From: Candidatus Curtissbacteria bacterium RIFCSPLOWO2_02_41_11
GTDB lineage: Bacteria; Patescibacteriota; Microgenomatia; Curtissbacterales; GWA2-41-24
Length of the DNA stretch: 64,000 bases
Reading direction: 5' to 3'
Assembly: GCA_001775055.1 (NCBI GenBank)
Contig: MFBU01000009.1
Location: 382 to 64,381, forward strand
The translations under genes and the position numbers were made by a program. The notes beneath the pieces were generated by a model. It was not told the origin of the DNA. It ran no database searches and saw only the letters and a program-made list of their open reading frames with translations. Positions 29,153 to 38,405 of the stretch are shown in pieces (the stretch's first letter is position 1; every line of letters begins with the position of its first letter).

Positions 29153-29920
29153 GTGGTTTTATTTCTTATTCTCTTTTTTATTCTAGGAACCGCCGTTGGC
29201 AGTTTTTTGAATGTGGTTATTGACAGGACTACTCAAGGCCAGTCGATACTCGGCAGGTCTTATTGCGATTACTGCCGCGCGACGCTTGGGGTAGTCGATC
29301 TTATTCCCATTTTAAGTTTTACGGCGCTTTCTGGCCGATGCCGGCATTGTCGAAAAAAACTTTCATGGCAATATCCAATTGTAGAGACGGTGACAGGCTT
29401 ACTTTTTGTTCTCTCATTTCTTATATTGACAGTAAGTGGCCAGCTTACGATTACTACTCTACTCTACTATTTTTTTCTCATATCAATTTTAATCGTGGTG
29501 GCGGTTGTTGATTTTAAATTCTCGCTAGTACCGACAACTTTGGTTTTTTTGGCATCACTGCTCGCGCTTTTTTATAATTATTTTTTTCTAACATCAGGTC
29601 AATTTGTCCAAAGTGTAGCGGCAGCATTTGGCACAGCTGTTTTTTTTCTGGTGATTGTTATTTTAACTCGCGGCCGGGGCATGGGCGAAGGCGATGTGGT
29701 GCTTGGTTTTTTGATCGGCATGGTTTTGGGCCTAAAAGAGTCGGTGCTGGCCATATTTCTGGCGTTTTTAATAGGAGCAATTATTTCACTTTTTCTTATA
29801 ACACTTGGCAAAAAGCACTTTGGTCAGACTGTTCCCTTTGCCCCGTTTTTGTCTTTGGGATTTTTGATTAGTCTTTTTTGGGCAAAGGAGATTATTAACT
29901 GGTATTTAATGCTATATTGA
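29153..29920 (+). CDS. pilD: prepilin peptidase (A24 family) PilD
   Basis: GSFLNVVIDR...CDYC...CRHC zinc-binding N-terminus and a polytopic membrane domain. GTG start. Confidence 0.88.
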   Translation: MVLFLILFFILGTAVGSFLNVVIDRTTQGQSILGRSYCDYCRATLGVVDLIPILSFTALSGRCRHCRKKLSWQYPIVETVTGLLFVLSFLILTVSGQLTITTLLYYFFLISILIVVAVVDFKFSLVPTTLVFLASLLALFYNYFFLTSGQFVQSVAAAFGTAVFFLVIVILTRGRGMGEGDVVLGFLIGMVLGLKESVLAIFLAFLIGAIISLFLITLGKKHFGQTVPFAPFLSLGFLISLFWAKEIINWYLMLY

Positions 29921-29924
29921 TGTT

Positions 29925-30539
29925 ATGAGGAAGGGTTTTGGTCTGATCGAATTTATGATCGTGATTACGGTTTTTGGAATCGCGACTGCCGTTATCACCG
30001 CCTCATTTTTAACATTTGAGCGCAATCAACGCCTAAAAAGCGCCGCCAGTATGTTAAAAAATGACATCAGGCTAATTCAAAACAAGGCACTCGGTGGGGA
30101 TAAAAGTACACCTAACTGTTCCAAAGTAACCGATCCTGCTCCGGTTTTGGTTGGTTGGTACCTGAACGTGGTTAAAGGTTCGAGTGAGTATACGTTAAAT
30201 AGCGATTGTAGAAATAAAGATAGTATTGAAGACCCTGATATTCTAATTAAAATTGTTTCATTGCCACGGGGGGTTAAAATTAGCGATGTACAATACGGGA
30301 ACAGTTCTCCTGTTTCAAAGGATGCCATCAACGTTTTATTCCAACCTTTAACACATAACACATCATTCCATGATGCTTTGCTGGCAATTACTCCCCCTTT
30401 TCTTGATAATTCGGGAAATCTAAAAGATCTATTGGGTTCATTACCTCAGGAAATGCTTAGTATTATTTTAGCCGGAGACCAAGGTGGAACTTATAAAGTT
30501 ATTGTCCAGCCTTCAGGAGAAGTTAATGAGCAAAAATAA
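29925..30539 (+). CDS. pseudopilin/minor pilin with prepilin-type N-terminus
   Basis: MRKG|FGLIEFMIVITVFGIA. Confidence 0.75.
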   Translation: MRKGFGLIEFMIVITVFGIATAVITASFLTFERNQRLKSAASMLKNDIRLIQNKALGGDKSTPNCSKVTDPAPVLVGWYLNVVKGSSEYTLNSDCRNKDSIEDPDILIKIVSLPRGVKISDVQYGNSSPVSKDAINVLFQPLTHNTSFHDALLAITPPFLDNSGNLKDLLGSLPQEMLSIILAGDQGGTYKVIVQPSGEVNEQK

Positions 30540-31017
30540 GCCAGATACCAGATACCAGATACCAGATACCAAATTTCTCGGTCAATCTCTCATCGAGGTT
30601 GTCATCGCCATGGCTGTTATTGTCGGTTTGGCTGTGGCTTTGGTGACTACGACTTTGGTTGTCCAGAAAGCATCAAGGACGGCCAAAAATAATACTCAGG
30701 CTACGAAGTTAGTCCAGCAAAATATCGAGCAGGTAAGAGTTTATAGGGACCGCAAAGGCTATGCTTCTATCCCCGATGGAGGTAGCTGTTATACACTATC
30801 CTCAGGTGATCCAGATCCCCTTAGCTGGTTCTTTTCTGCTTCTTTTGACTGTTCTGGAAGTGGGCAGCAAATTACTTTGGGTAAGACCAATTTCGACAGA
30901 AAAATAAAGATTGAAACTGATGCTAGTACAAAAAAGGTTACTGTTACCGTTTCTTGGACAGATTCTGGCGGAACCCAGTCGGTTAGTAATCAAACCATTC
31001 TATCTTCAGGCCTCTAG
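30526..31017 (+). CDS. minor pilin-like protein; leader region contains 4x heptamer CAGATAC
   Basis: ...KFLG|QSLIEVVIAMAVIVGL prepilin-like. ATG 30526 preferred over the track start 30484. Heptamer tract at 30541-30568. Confidence 0.65.
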   Translation: MSKNKPDTRYQIPDTKFLGQSLIEVVIAMAVIVGLAVALVTTTLVVQKASRTAKNNTQATKLVQQNIEQVRVYRDRKGYASIPDGGSCYTLSSGDPDPLSWFFSASFDCSGSGQQITLGKTNFDRKIKIETDASTKKVTVTVSWTDSGGTQSVSNQTILSSGL

Positions 31018-31061
31018 GTTTTTTTGCCTCTCGAATCCTCATTTGTGGTAAATTGTAATTA

Positions 31062-31739
31062 ATGCCCTTCCATAAAGTATCTAGTATCTGGTATCTAGTA
31101 TCTGGTATTAAATATACTAAATACAAAATACTAAATACAAAATACTGTAAAACCAAAGGCTTTACCCTCATTGAGCTTTTGGTTGTTTTGGGGATTTTGG
31201 CGGCGGCTGTTGGGGCTTCCATGATTTTTCTTACCTCTGTTTTAAAAGGGACTAATCAGGCTAATGTGACGGCCGAAGTTAAGCAAAACGGCCAAGTAGT
31301 TTTAGATTCACTGGAAAAACAGATTCGTGGTGCTACTGATGTGGAGTGTGCCAATAGTGCGGGGAACTCCGTTGATTGTTCCGATGCATCTGCTTCTCTT
31401 AAATACTTAAAGCTTGTGAGATCGGATGAAGACCCGTTACATATCGGGTGTTTTTTGGATAGTCTACCCAAAACAGAAAATGGCTGGATAGGCATTGTTG
31501 AGTCAGCTCTAGCTTATCCTTCATCAACAAACTATGTATCGGTTACAAATAAAGATGCTATTTCAGGAGTTGATATTCAGGATTGTAATTTTAAGGTATC
31601 CTCTGCATCTTCTGGAACAACTTCGCCATCGGTAGTTTCCATTAGCTTTATAGTCAATCAAGGAATTGACGCACCTTCACGCGCGGATTTTTTGGCTAAT
31701 GCTAAATTCGAGACGACGATATCGCTGAGAAACTATTAA
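31062..31739 (+). CDS. pilin-like protein with unusually long, repeat-encoded leader
   Basis: ...CKTKG|FTLIELLVVLGILAAA. The 33-aa leader is encoded by heptamer/14-mer tandem repeats at 31080-31145. True start uncertain. Confidence 0.65.
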   Translation: MPFHKVSSIWYLVSGIKYTKYKILNTKYCKTKGFTLIELLVVLGILAAAVGASMIFLTSVLKGTNQANVTAEVKQNGQVVLDSLEKQIRGATDVECANSAGNSVDCSDASASLKYLKLVRSDEDPLHIGCFLDSLPKTENGWIGIVESALAYPSSTNYVSVTNKDAISGVDIQDCNFKVSSASSGTTSPSVVSISFIVNQGIDAPSRADFLANAKFETTISLRNY

Positions 31740-31832
31740 AGTTACAACTGACATTTGACCCACCTTCGCTAAAGCTACGGTGGGCAAGCAATTGACAACA
31801 GAGGGCTATTCTACCTAAACTGGAGTTAGGAG

Positions 31833-32618
31833 ATGAAAAAGAAGAAGGGACAGGTTTTGGTACTTGTTTTATTGGTTGTCGTAGTAGCCTTGGCTGTTGG
31901 CCTTTCGGTGGCTAGCAGAAACCTGACCAATCTTAGAACGACTACTCAAACCGAACAGTCTCAGAGAGCCTTTAATGCAGCCGAAGGCGGGATAGAGAGT
32001 ATTCTTCCAAATTTAGCTACAGTTGCGGAAGGGCCTCAACCAGCAATTCAAGTGGGTAATCTTGAAGCCAATGTCACTGTTAATAAAGAGACTGAATACT
32101 TCTGGACGATTCCAGAAGGAGAAGTTGGTCAGGTTAAATTGGATGACGCAACCGGTAGCCCGACTGAGATTCAAATTGAGTGGGTCAAAACCGGTGATCC
32201 TCAAGAAGATCCGACACCGCCGCTCAGCGGTACTCCTGCCTCGGTTGAGATTACGAGAATCGATGAGACTGCAGGTAATTTTACCCAACAGAGATTTGCC
32301 TTGACAGGTGGATCGGCAGGGGTAAACGAGCAGGGTTTTGATTCTCCAAGTAATTGTTCTGCCGACTTTGTGAAATGTACAAAAATTGGTTTTCCAAGTA
32401 ATTCGCGAATTTTAAGAATCAGACCCTTTTGGAATCAGGCGACGGTTAAGGTAACATCTGTTGGCGGTAGCCTTCCCGATCAGCAATATACTATTACTTC
32501 ATCGGCAACGTCCGAACTTGGATTGACTAGAAAAATTGAAGTTACCAAAACAGTTTTGCCGCAGCTGCCGGCGGTTTTTGACTATGTTTTGTATTCTGAA
32601 CGAGATATTGTTAAGTAA
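31833..32618 (+). CDS. hypothetical membrane-anchored protein in pilus locus
   Basis: N-terminal transmembrane segment VLVLVLLVVVVALAVGL, rest T/S/G-rich. Confidence 0.55.
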   Translation: MKKKKGQVLVLVLLVVVVALAVGLSVASRNLTNLRTTTQTEQSQRAFNAAEGGIESILPNLATVAEGPQPAIQVGNLEANVTVNKETEYFWTIPEGEVGQVKLDDATGSPTEIQIEWVKTGDPQEDPTPPLSGTPASVEITRIDETAGNFTQQRFALTGGSAGVNEQGFDSPSNCSADFVKCTKIGFPSNSRILRIRPFWNQATVKVTSVGGSLPDQQYTITSSATSELGLTRKIEVTKTVLPQLPAVFDYVLYSERDIVK

Positions 32619-32647
32619 CAACTGACAACTGACATTTGACAAAAAAT

Positions 32648-32902
32648 ATGAATAAACGGACAAAATTGATACTTTCCATAATTGGCGCCAGCGCTATTAT
32701 AATTCCGGTGATTTTACTTTTAGTGTTAACTAAAAATCCCGGTCAAGATCTTCAACTTTCCTCCGACAAAAGATCGATTGATACAAAAACCATCGAGGAG
32801 TCCGTTAAGAATGTTCCAAAGCAACAACAAATTTTTCCCACGCCTAGTCCAGCAACTCCTTCGGCAAGTCCAGCCTCCGAAGGAAGCCCTTCTGCTAACT
32901 AA
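32648..32902 (+). CDS. small membrane protein with Pro/Ser/Ala-rich tail
   Basis: ATG 32648 preferred over TTG 32636. Confidence 0.45.
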   Translation: MNKRTKLILSIIGASAIIIPVILLLVLTKNPGQDLQLSSDKRSIDTKTIEESVKNVPKQQQIFPTPSPATPSASPASEGSPSAN

Positions 32903-32976
32903 ATATTATGTCTGCCCGCACATTTGGTCTTGATATAAATTTCAGGTATGTTTTTTAGATTGTTTTAAAAGTATTT

Positions 32977-33999
32977 ATGAGTGCTAAATCATTTGGCCTT
33001 GATATTGGAAGATCGTTTATTAAAGCTGTGCAAGTCGAGGCCAAAAATAATAAAAAGGTCTTAATGGCGGCTGTCAGTAAACAAACACCTTCAGGCGGTA
33101 TACAGTCAGAATCGCCAGTTGATTTAGGTAAGGTATCCGATGCCATTAAGGCTTGTGTTGATGAAGCTAAAATAAGTACGGACAAATGTGTTGTTTCACT
33201 AATTGAATCTCAAGTGGTGGCCAGATTAATACAATTGCCCACTCTAACAGATAAAGAGCTTGCAGCAGCAATTAATTGGGAAGCGGAACAGTATATTCCT
33301 TTGCCGATTAAAGATGTTTTTCTTCAATACAAAGTTGTCTCGCGGCCTCAAGAATCAAGCACCTCCGGCAAGATGGATGTACTTTTAATTGCTTCGCCAA
33401 AAAGAGTTATTCAAAAATACTTAAATGTGGTTAGAAATGCCAATCTTCGACCAGAGATACTTGAAACTGAATCAATTGCTCTTGTTAGGGCTCTTACCAA
33501 GAGTGAGGATCCTGCTACTATTGTTGTCTCGCTGGGAGCGCTTTCCAGTGAATTAATTATTGCTTACGGAGGCAACGTGCTTTTTACCAGATCAATCGCA
33601 ACCGGGGGCGTGACTTTGACGCGCGCGGTTATGGCTGAATTTAACCTGCCTCAGGCTCAAGCAGAAGAATATAAGCAAACATATGGTATTTTAGAGGATA
33701 AGCTATCTGGAAAGGTTGCGGCAGTCCTCAAGCCAATTTTAGATATTTTAATTTCCGAAATTCTTAAAGCAGTTGAATTTGCCCACTCTCATGTCGAAAA
33801 TTCTCAGATATCACGCATTGTCATCTGCGGCGGGGGTGCTTATTTACCTGGACTCCCAGAATTTTTAGCAGAGAGGACTAGCTTTGAAGTTTCATTAGGT
33901 GATGCTTGGACTGATTTTGTCAAAGAGGGTTTGATATTAAAACTACCGGGTCAAGGCAGTTTCTATTGTGTAGCGACTGGTCTTGCACTGAGACGTTAG
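32977..33999 (+). CDS. pilM: type IV pilus assembly protein PilM (actin-like)
   Basis: FGLDIGRSFIKAVQV... actin-fold N-terminus, followed by pilN/pilO. Confidence 0.88.
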   Translation: MSAKSFGLDIGRSFIKAVQVEAKNNKKVLMAAVSKQTPSGGIQSESPVDLGKVSDAIKACVDEAKISTDKCVVSLIESQVVARLIQLPTLTDKELAAAINWEAEQYIPLPIKDVFLQYKVVSRPQESSTSGKMDVLLIASPKRVIQKYLNVVRNANLRPEILETESIALVRALTKSEDPATIVVSLGALSSELIIAYGGNVLFTRSIATGGVTLTRAVMAEFNLPQAQAEEYKQTYGILEDKLSGKVAAVLKPILDILISEILKAVEFAHSHVENSQISRIVICGGGAYLPGLPEFLAERTSFEVSLGDAWTDFVKEGLILKLPGQGSFYCVATGLALRR

Positions 34000-34050
34000 G
34001 TTTGGACAAATAGAATGAGTTTTTGTTACTCTTAAAAGAGAGAGTCTAGT

Positions 34051-34590
34051 ATGGCAGACATAAATTTATTGCCAAGTGAAGAAAGAACCGCGGAAAGGAT
34101 TGATTTAGCCAGAAAAAAATTACTGGCAGTGTCAATTGTAATATTGGTTTTTACGGCTATATCAACTTTAGCAACACTTGGTTTTTATACCTCGCTTGTT
34201 TCTAAAAGGTCGCAGTTTGTAAAAGATGTTCAGAGCAGTTCAGTTGCCATCAGTGATCTCCAGGCAACCGAAGAGTTAATTACTGTTCTTAAAGCTAAAG
34301 CCTCAATTGCAGACAAAATTCTTTCAACAAGGAGTAACCTGCCTAGTTTTTTTAGTCAACTGGAAGAACTTGTTCCACAGAGTCTGTATTTTTCAGATCT
34401 CAGGCTATCCGCTGATAAGGTAGTAATTTCCGGAAAAGCCAGATCATCTGCAGATATGGCTGGGTTTGTTACTGGGCTTTCATCACAAAAAGGGGCACAG
34501 ATTGTTTCAAATGTAACTATTGATTCTTTAAGTTCAGACGAGTCAGGGGCCTATACTTTTGTGGTTTCTGCTCAACTTGTGGGTAAGTAA
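34051..34590 (+). CDS. pilN: type IV pilus assembly protein PilN
   Basis: MADINLLPSE motif and one transmembrane segment. Confidence 0.8.
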   Translation: MADINLLPSEERTAERIDLARKKLLAVSIVILVFTAISTLATLGFYTSLVSKRSQFVKDVQSSSVAISDLQATEELITVLKAKASIADKILSTRSNLPSFFSQLEELVPQSLYFSDLRLSADKVVISGKARSSADMAGFVTGLSSQKGAQIVSNVTIDSLSSDESGAYTFVVSAQLVGK

Positions 34591-34592
34591 AA

Positions 34593-35375
34593 ATGAATTT
34601 ACCAACCGTTGCACTGCCAAAAATCGGTAATGAGGTTGATTTATCAAGATGGATAAGTTTAGGGGCGCCTGGAGGTGCGATAGCGATCTCTTTAATTATA
34701 TTGCTATTTATCATTTGGCCGAAGTTCACCCAAATATTGCAGCTAAAAAGCGATAATCAAGAACTTTCTGGACGAGTTCAAAATCTTAATTTAAAAGCCC
34801 AAAAATTGGCAAGTTTTGATAAAGAATCTCTTGATTTGAAACTGGGAGCAAGTGAGCAGCTTTTGCCTTCAGACAAGGGCGTTTTTTCTTTGGTTACGCA
34901 AATAGAAAGGACAGCAGCTACATCTGGCGTTCTCCTTAATAGGGTAGATCTTGCTCCGGGATCGTTACATGATACTGGAGACAGTAAAAAAACAGCCAGT
35001 AGCTCTAAACCGGGTTCCCAAGCTGATATAGGCCAAAATTTTCAGTTAAAGGTGTCGGTAACGGGCGATTATAAATCATTTGAACAATTTTTAAAAAACA
35101 TATTTTCTGTTTCTCGGATTTTGGCAATTAAGGATTTAAATCTTTCTGCCTCCACTTCATCATCCGGCGAAGGTTCTCAGATGAGGGCTGCAATGACCAT
35201 AGATGCTTATTGGCAACCGTTGCCAAAAGAACTCAATTCTATTGAATCTCCTATCGAGGATTTAACGGAGACTGAGCTTGCTATTTTAAATCAAGTAAGT
35301 TCAACTGGAACAGTTAGCACACCTTCGATTCCTTCAGTGCCCACAGGAAAAACCGATCTCTTTTCTTCATTTTAA
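34593..35375 (+). CDS. pilO: type IV pilus assembly protein PilO-like
   Basis: Position after pilN, single transmembrane segment, coiled coil. Confidence 0.65.
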   Translation: MNLPTVALPKIGNEVDLSRWISLGAPGGAIAISLIILLFIIWPKFTQILQLKSDNQELSGRVQNLNLKAQKLASFDKESLDLKLGASEQLLPSDKGVFSLVTQIERTAATSGVLLNRVDLAPGSLHDTGDSKKTASSSKPGSQADIGQNFQLKVSVTGDYKSFEQFLKNIFSVSRILAIKDLNLSASTSSSGEGSQMRAAMTIDAYWQPLPKELNSIESPIEDLTETELAILNQVSSTGTVSTPSIPSVPTGKTDLFSSF

Positions 35376-35392
35376 GAACCGTTTACTTTCTT

Positions 35393-36088
35393 TCATTTAT
35401 TTTTATCTATTTTTATCAAATCCGGCCGATACTTTCTGGTGCGTTTGGCAGCTTGTTTCCGTCGCCAATCGGATATTTGTTGATGATTGCCGGATAGAAG
35501 GATTTTAGGAATTTTGAGGCCACGGAAGTTTGCTGGACGGGTGTATTGAGGATATTCGAGATTACCCCACGCTTCGCGTGGGGACCCCAAAGAGAAGGAC
35601 TCGGACTTTAGAGATTCCGGGTGGATGACATCTGGAATGAGCCGGGCGACCGAATCGACTACGGCCATGGCAGCGATTTCGCCGCCTGTCAGGATAAAAT
35701 CGCCGATTGAGATTACTTCGTCGACATATTTTTCAATTCGGGCGTCAGTGCCTTCGTAATGGCCGCAAATGATTGACAATCGTTTCTTTCTCGAAAAAAA
35801 GACTGCTTTCTGCTGGTCATATTTTTTACCAGACGGCGAAAGAAGAACCGTATATGGCTTGGGTTTGATAGTTTCCAGCGCATTGACCAAAACATCAACT
35901 TTAAGGATCATGCCTTTTCCTCCACCATACGGTTTGTCATCAACGATTTTGTGTTTATCTTTGGTAAAGTCACGAATATTGACCAATTTAATCTTGATTA
36001 TCTTTTTTTCTCTTGCACGCTTGAGGATGCTCGATGCGGTAATCGTCTCAAACATTTCGGGGAAAAGAGTTAAGATGAAGAATGTCAT
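35393..36088 (-). CDS. trmD: tRNA (guanine37-N1)-methyltransferase
   Basis: LTLFPEMFE...PYGGGKGMILK matches TrmD. Confidence 0.92.
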   Translation of the reverse strand: MTFFILTLFPEMFETITASSILKRAREKKIIKIKLVNIRDFTKDKHKIVDDKPYGGGKGMILKVDVLVNALETIKPKPYTVLLSPSGKKYDQQKAVFFSRKKRLSIICGHYEGTDARIEKYVDEVISIGDFILTGGEIAAMAVVDSVARLIPDVIHPESLKSESFSLGSPREAWGNLEYPQYTRPANFRGLKIPKILLSGNHQQISDWRRKQAAKRTRKYRPDLIKIDKNK

Positions 36089-36115
36089 TTGCGTTTTTAC
36101 AGAAACTTCGAAGAC

Positions 36116-36349
36116 TTAGGCCTCTTGAACTTCTACAGTTGCAAAAATATTTTCTTTAATAGCTCTAATTTTAAGAAGATTTTTAATAGATTTAATCATT
36201 TTGCCGTCTTTGCCGATAACTTTAGCAATATCGTCCTTGGGAATGGTTATTAAATATTTGAGACCGTTTTCTTGCTGAATTGGATCTATTTTGATTTTTT
36301 TGATATCAGAAACCAAAGGCTCGATTAAGGTTTTGAGAAGATCTTCCAT
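36116..36349 (-). CDS. KH-domain RNA-binding protein (YlqC/UPF0109-like)
   Basis: VIGKDGKMIKSIKNL GxxG KH motif; sits between rpsP and trmD. Confidence 0.75.
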   Translation of the reverse strand: MEDLLKTLIEPLVSDIKKIKIDPIQQENGLKYLITIPKDDIAKVIGKDGKMIKSIKNLLKIRAIKENIFATVEVQEA

Positions 36350-36372
36350 AAGATTTGTCTAATGCAGAATGA

Positions 36373-36660
36373 CTAAGGTCTAATGCTTGATTTTTCTTCT
36401 GGTTTTGCGTTGGTCGTTCGTCTTTTGTCATTTAGCTCACTGAGAAGTTTGGTTACTGCTTCGGTTGGTTTTGCTCCTCGCAAAATCCAAAAATTCATTC
36501 TATCATCTTTAATCTTTAACTCGGGTTTGGCATGCGGATTATAAAAACCCAGGTTCTCCAAAAATTTACCGTCTCTTTTGCTCTTGGCATCTTGGGCAAC
36601 TATGCGAAAAGAAACTTGATGTTTTTTACCAACTTTTGTAAGACGAATTCTGACGGACAT
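36373..36660 (-). CDS. rpsP: 30S ribosomal protein S16
   Basis: MSVRIRLTKVGKKHQVSFRIVAQDAKSKRDGKFLENLGFYNP. Confidence 0.92.
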   Translation of the reverse strand: MSVRIRLTKVGKKHQVSFRIVAQDAKSKRDGKFLENLGFYNPHAKPELKIKDDRMNFWILRGAKPTEAVTKLLSELNDKRRTTNAKPEEKSSIRP

Positions 36661-36679
36661 TTTGCAATTATCTCAAACT

Positions 36680-37384
36680 TTAGCCTTTTAGTCTAGCTAA
36701 GGCATTTTCGGCGGCATTTTGAGCAGCTTCCTGTTTATTTTTACCGACACCTTTGCCTAGCAGTTTTTCTTCCAAATAAACGCCGATTTCAAAAATGCGG
36801 GCATGATCGGGTCCCCAACTGCTTTGCAGCCGATAGGTGGGAGAATGATGGTATTTGCGTTGCAGAAATTCTTGAAGTTTGGATTTATTGTCAGAAACGG
36901 CTGATTTGGCCAGAGTTTGCCAATTTGTCAGCATCATTTTTTTCAAAAATTCCTCGGTTTTTTCGATTCCTTGATCAATAAAGATTGCTCCGACTAATGC
37001 CTCGAAACAATTAGCCAGAATTGAACTATTAATCCTGCCGCCGGATTCTTCTTCCCCCTTTGAAAGATATAAATAATTGCCCAGTTTTAGACTTTGAGCC
37101 AATTTTGCCAAAGTTTCGGTTCGAACCAGCGATGCGCGGATTTGAGTTAATCTTCCTTCGGTACTTTTTGGTAACTTTTCATACAAAAAGCGCGAAACTA
37201 CCAGTGAAAGAATCGAATCTCCAAAAAATTCAAGGCGTTCATTTGAAGGGCCTTTATAGTCCTTATGCTCGTTTAGATATGACCGATGGACAAAAGCATT
37301 TTTAAGGAGCTTTTGGTCGTTGAACTGAAATTTTAGGTCTTTTTGAAGGTCCAACAATTTAGCCGGCATTGTCAATGTTTTCAA
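36680..37384 (-). CDS. rnc: ribonuclease III
   Basis: ERLEFFGDSILSLVV signature and a C-terminal dsRBD. Confidence 0.92.
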   Translation of the reverse strand: MKTLTMPAKLLDLQKDLKFQFNDQKLLKNAFVHRSYLNEHKDYKGPSNERLEFFGDSILSLVVSRFLYEKLPKSTEGRLTQIRASLVRTETLAKLAQSLKLGNYLYLSKGEEESGGRINSSILANCFEALVGAIFIDQGIEKTEEFLKKMMLTNWQTLAKSAVSDNKSKLQEFLQRKYHHSPTYRLQSSWGPDHARIFEIGVYLEEKLLGKGVGKNKQEAAQNAAENALARLKG

Positions 37385-37604
37385 AGAGATAATTAACTAT
37401 ATCGGAAACTTTTTTGAAAGTTGAAACCTTTTCAGGCGGAATTTGAATTTGGTATTTATCCTGAATAGTTTCTATCAAATCTTCAAGATCAAGCTCGGTA
37501 ATATTAAGGTCCGCCTCAAGTGAGGAATCTTCCTCGATATTTTCCGGATCAATGCCAAATTGTTTTACGATTAAGTTTTTAAGATCTTCGAGATAATCGA
37601 CCAT
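37359..37604 (-). CDS. acyl-carrier-protein-like small acidic protein
   Basis: ACP-like helix pattern EEDSSLEADLNITELDLEDLIETI. The canonical DSL serine position is not obviously conserved. Confidence 0.55.
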   Translation of the reverse strand: MVDYLEDLKNLIVKQFGIDPENIEEDSSLEADLNITELDLEDLIETIQDKYQIQIPPEKVSTFKKVSDIVNYLFENIDNAG

Positions 37605-37700
37605 GGTTTAAGGGTATCACGAGTTGTCAGAGTACCACGAGTATCAGGAGCTCTCTTGACTTTTCAGCTCGTGGTACTTTTGATACTCTTGGTACCCATA
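37605..37700. repeat. copy B of the dyad-symmetric intercistronic repeat; overlaps the last 11 codons of nusB
   Basis: GGGTATCACGAGTTGTCAGAGTACCACGAG...AGCTCGTGGTACTTTTGATACTCTTGGTACCC. Confidence 0.7.
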
Positions 37701-38065
37701 ATACTCTTTGATTTGACTATTGAGCCTAAAACGCCATTAACAAAGCTACCGGATGCTTCAGAACCATATTGTTTGGCGATTTCGACTGCTTCATCAATGA
37801 CAACTTTATACGGTTCTTTGTTTTTTTTGAACAAGAGTTCAAAGATAGCAAGCCTAAGCGTTGCCAGGTCAATTGGGGCGATTTGGTTAAGTGGCCAGGT
37901 AGGTGCGTGTTGGGTAATTAGCTTGTCGATTGCTTTTTGTTTGGTAATAATCTTTGCGACCATTGAGGTTTTGGCAATTTTCAAATTTGATCTAAAGTTT
38001 TTTTCAAACAAAGCTTTAACTGTTTGAACTCTCATTTTATGTCTTGGATCACTTTTTCTTTTCAT
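37664..38065 (-). CDS. nusB: transcription antitermination factor NusB
   Basis: RHKMRVQTVKALF...VIDEAVEIAKQYGSEASGSFVNGVL. Confidence 0.88.
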   Translation of the reverse strand: MKRKSDPRHKMRVQTVKALFEKNFRSNLKIAKTSMVAKIITKQKAIDKLITQHAPTWPLNQIAPIDLATLRLAIFELLFKKNKEPYKVVIDEAVEIAKQYGSEASGSFVNGVLGSIVKSKSIMGTKSIKSTTS

Positions 38066-38243
38066 TGGCCATTTTTAACGCTACCCCCTCTTTATAGAAC
38101 CCGCAGGTAGGACAGACTCGATGTGGTAATTTGAGATTTTGACATTTTGAGCAGGTTACAAGATGCGGTAAGGATAGGTTAATTGCAGCCTTTCTGGTTT
38201 TGGTTCTGGCCTTAGCGTGTTTTTTCTTAGGTAAGGGAGCCAT
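38049..38243 (-). CDS. rpmF: 50S ribosomal protein L32
   Basis: MAPLPKKKHAKARTKTRKAA...CSKCQNLKLPHRVCPTCGFY zinc ribbon. Confidence 0.9.
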   Translation of the reverse strand: MAPLPKKKHAKARTKTRKAAINLSLPHLVTCSKCQNLKLPHRVCPTCGFYKEGVALKMANEKKK

Positions 38244-38405
38244 ATAAATAATTTAAAATTTAAAATTTAAAATTTTTTCTACCACCTACTAACTATCTAA
38301 CTACAAACTAATCTGGGGTATCAAGGAGTCAAGGGATCAAAAAATTGCTTTTGGCTCTTTGACTTTTCGATACCGGTTGGCATTATATCAGAAATAGCTT
38401 TGTCG

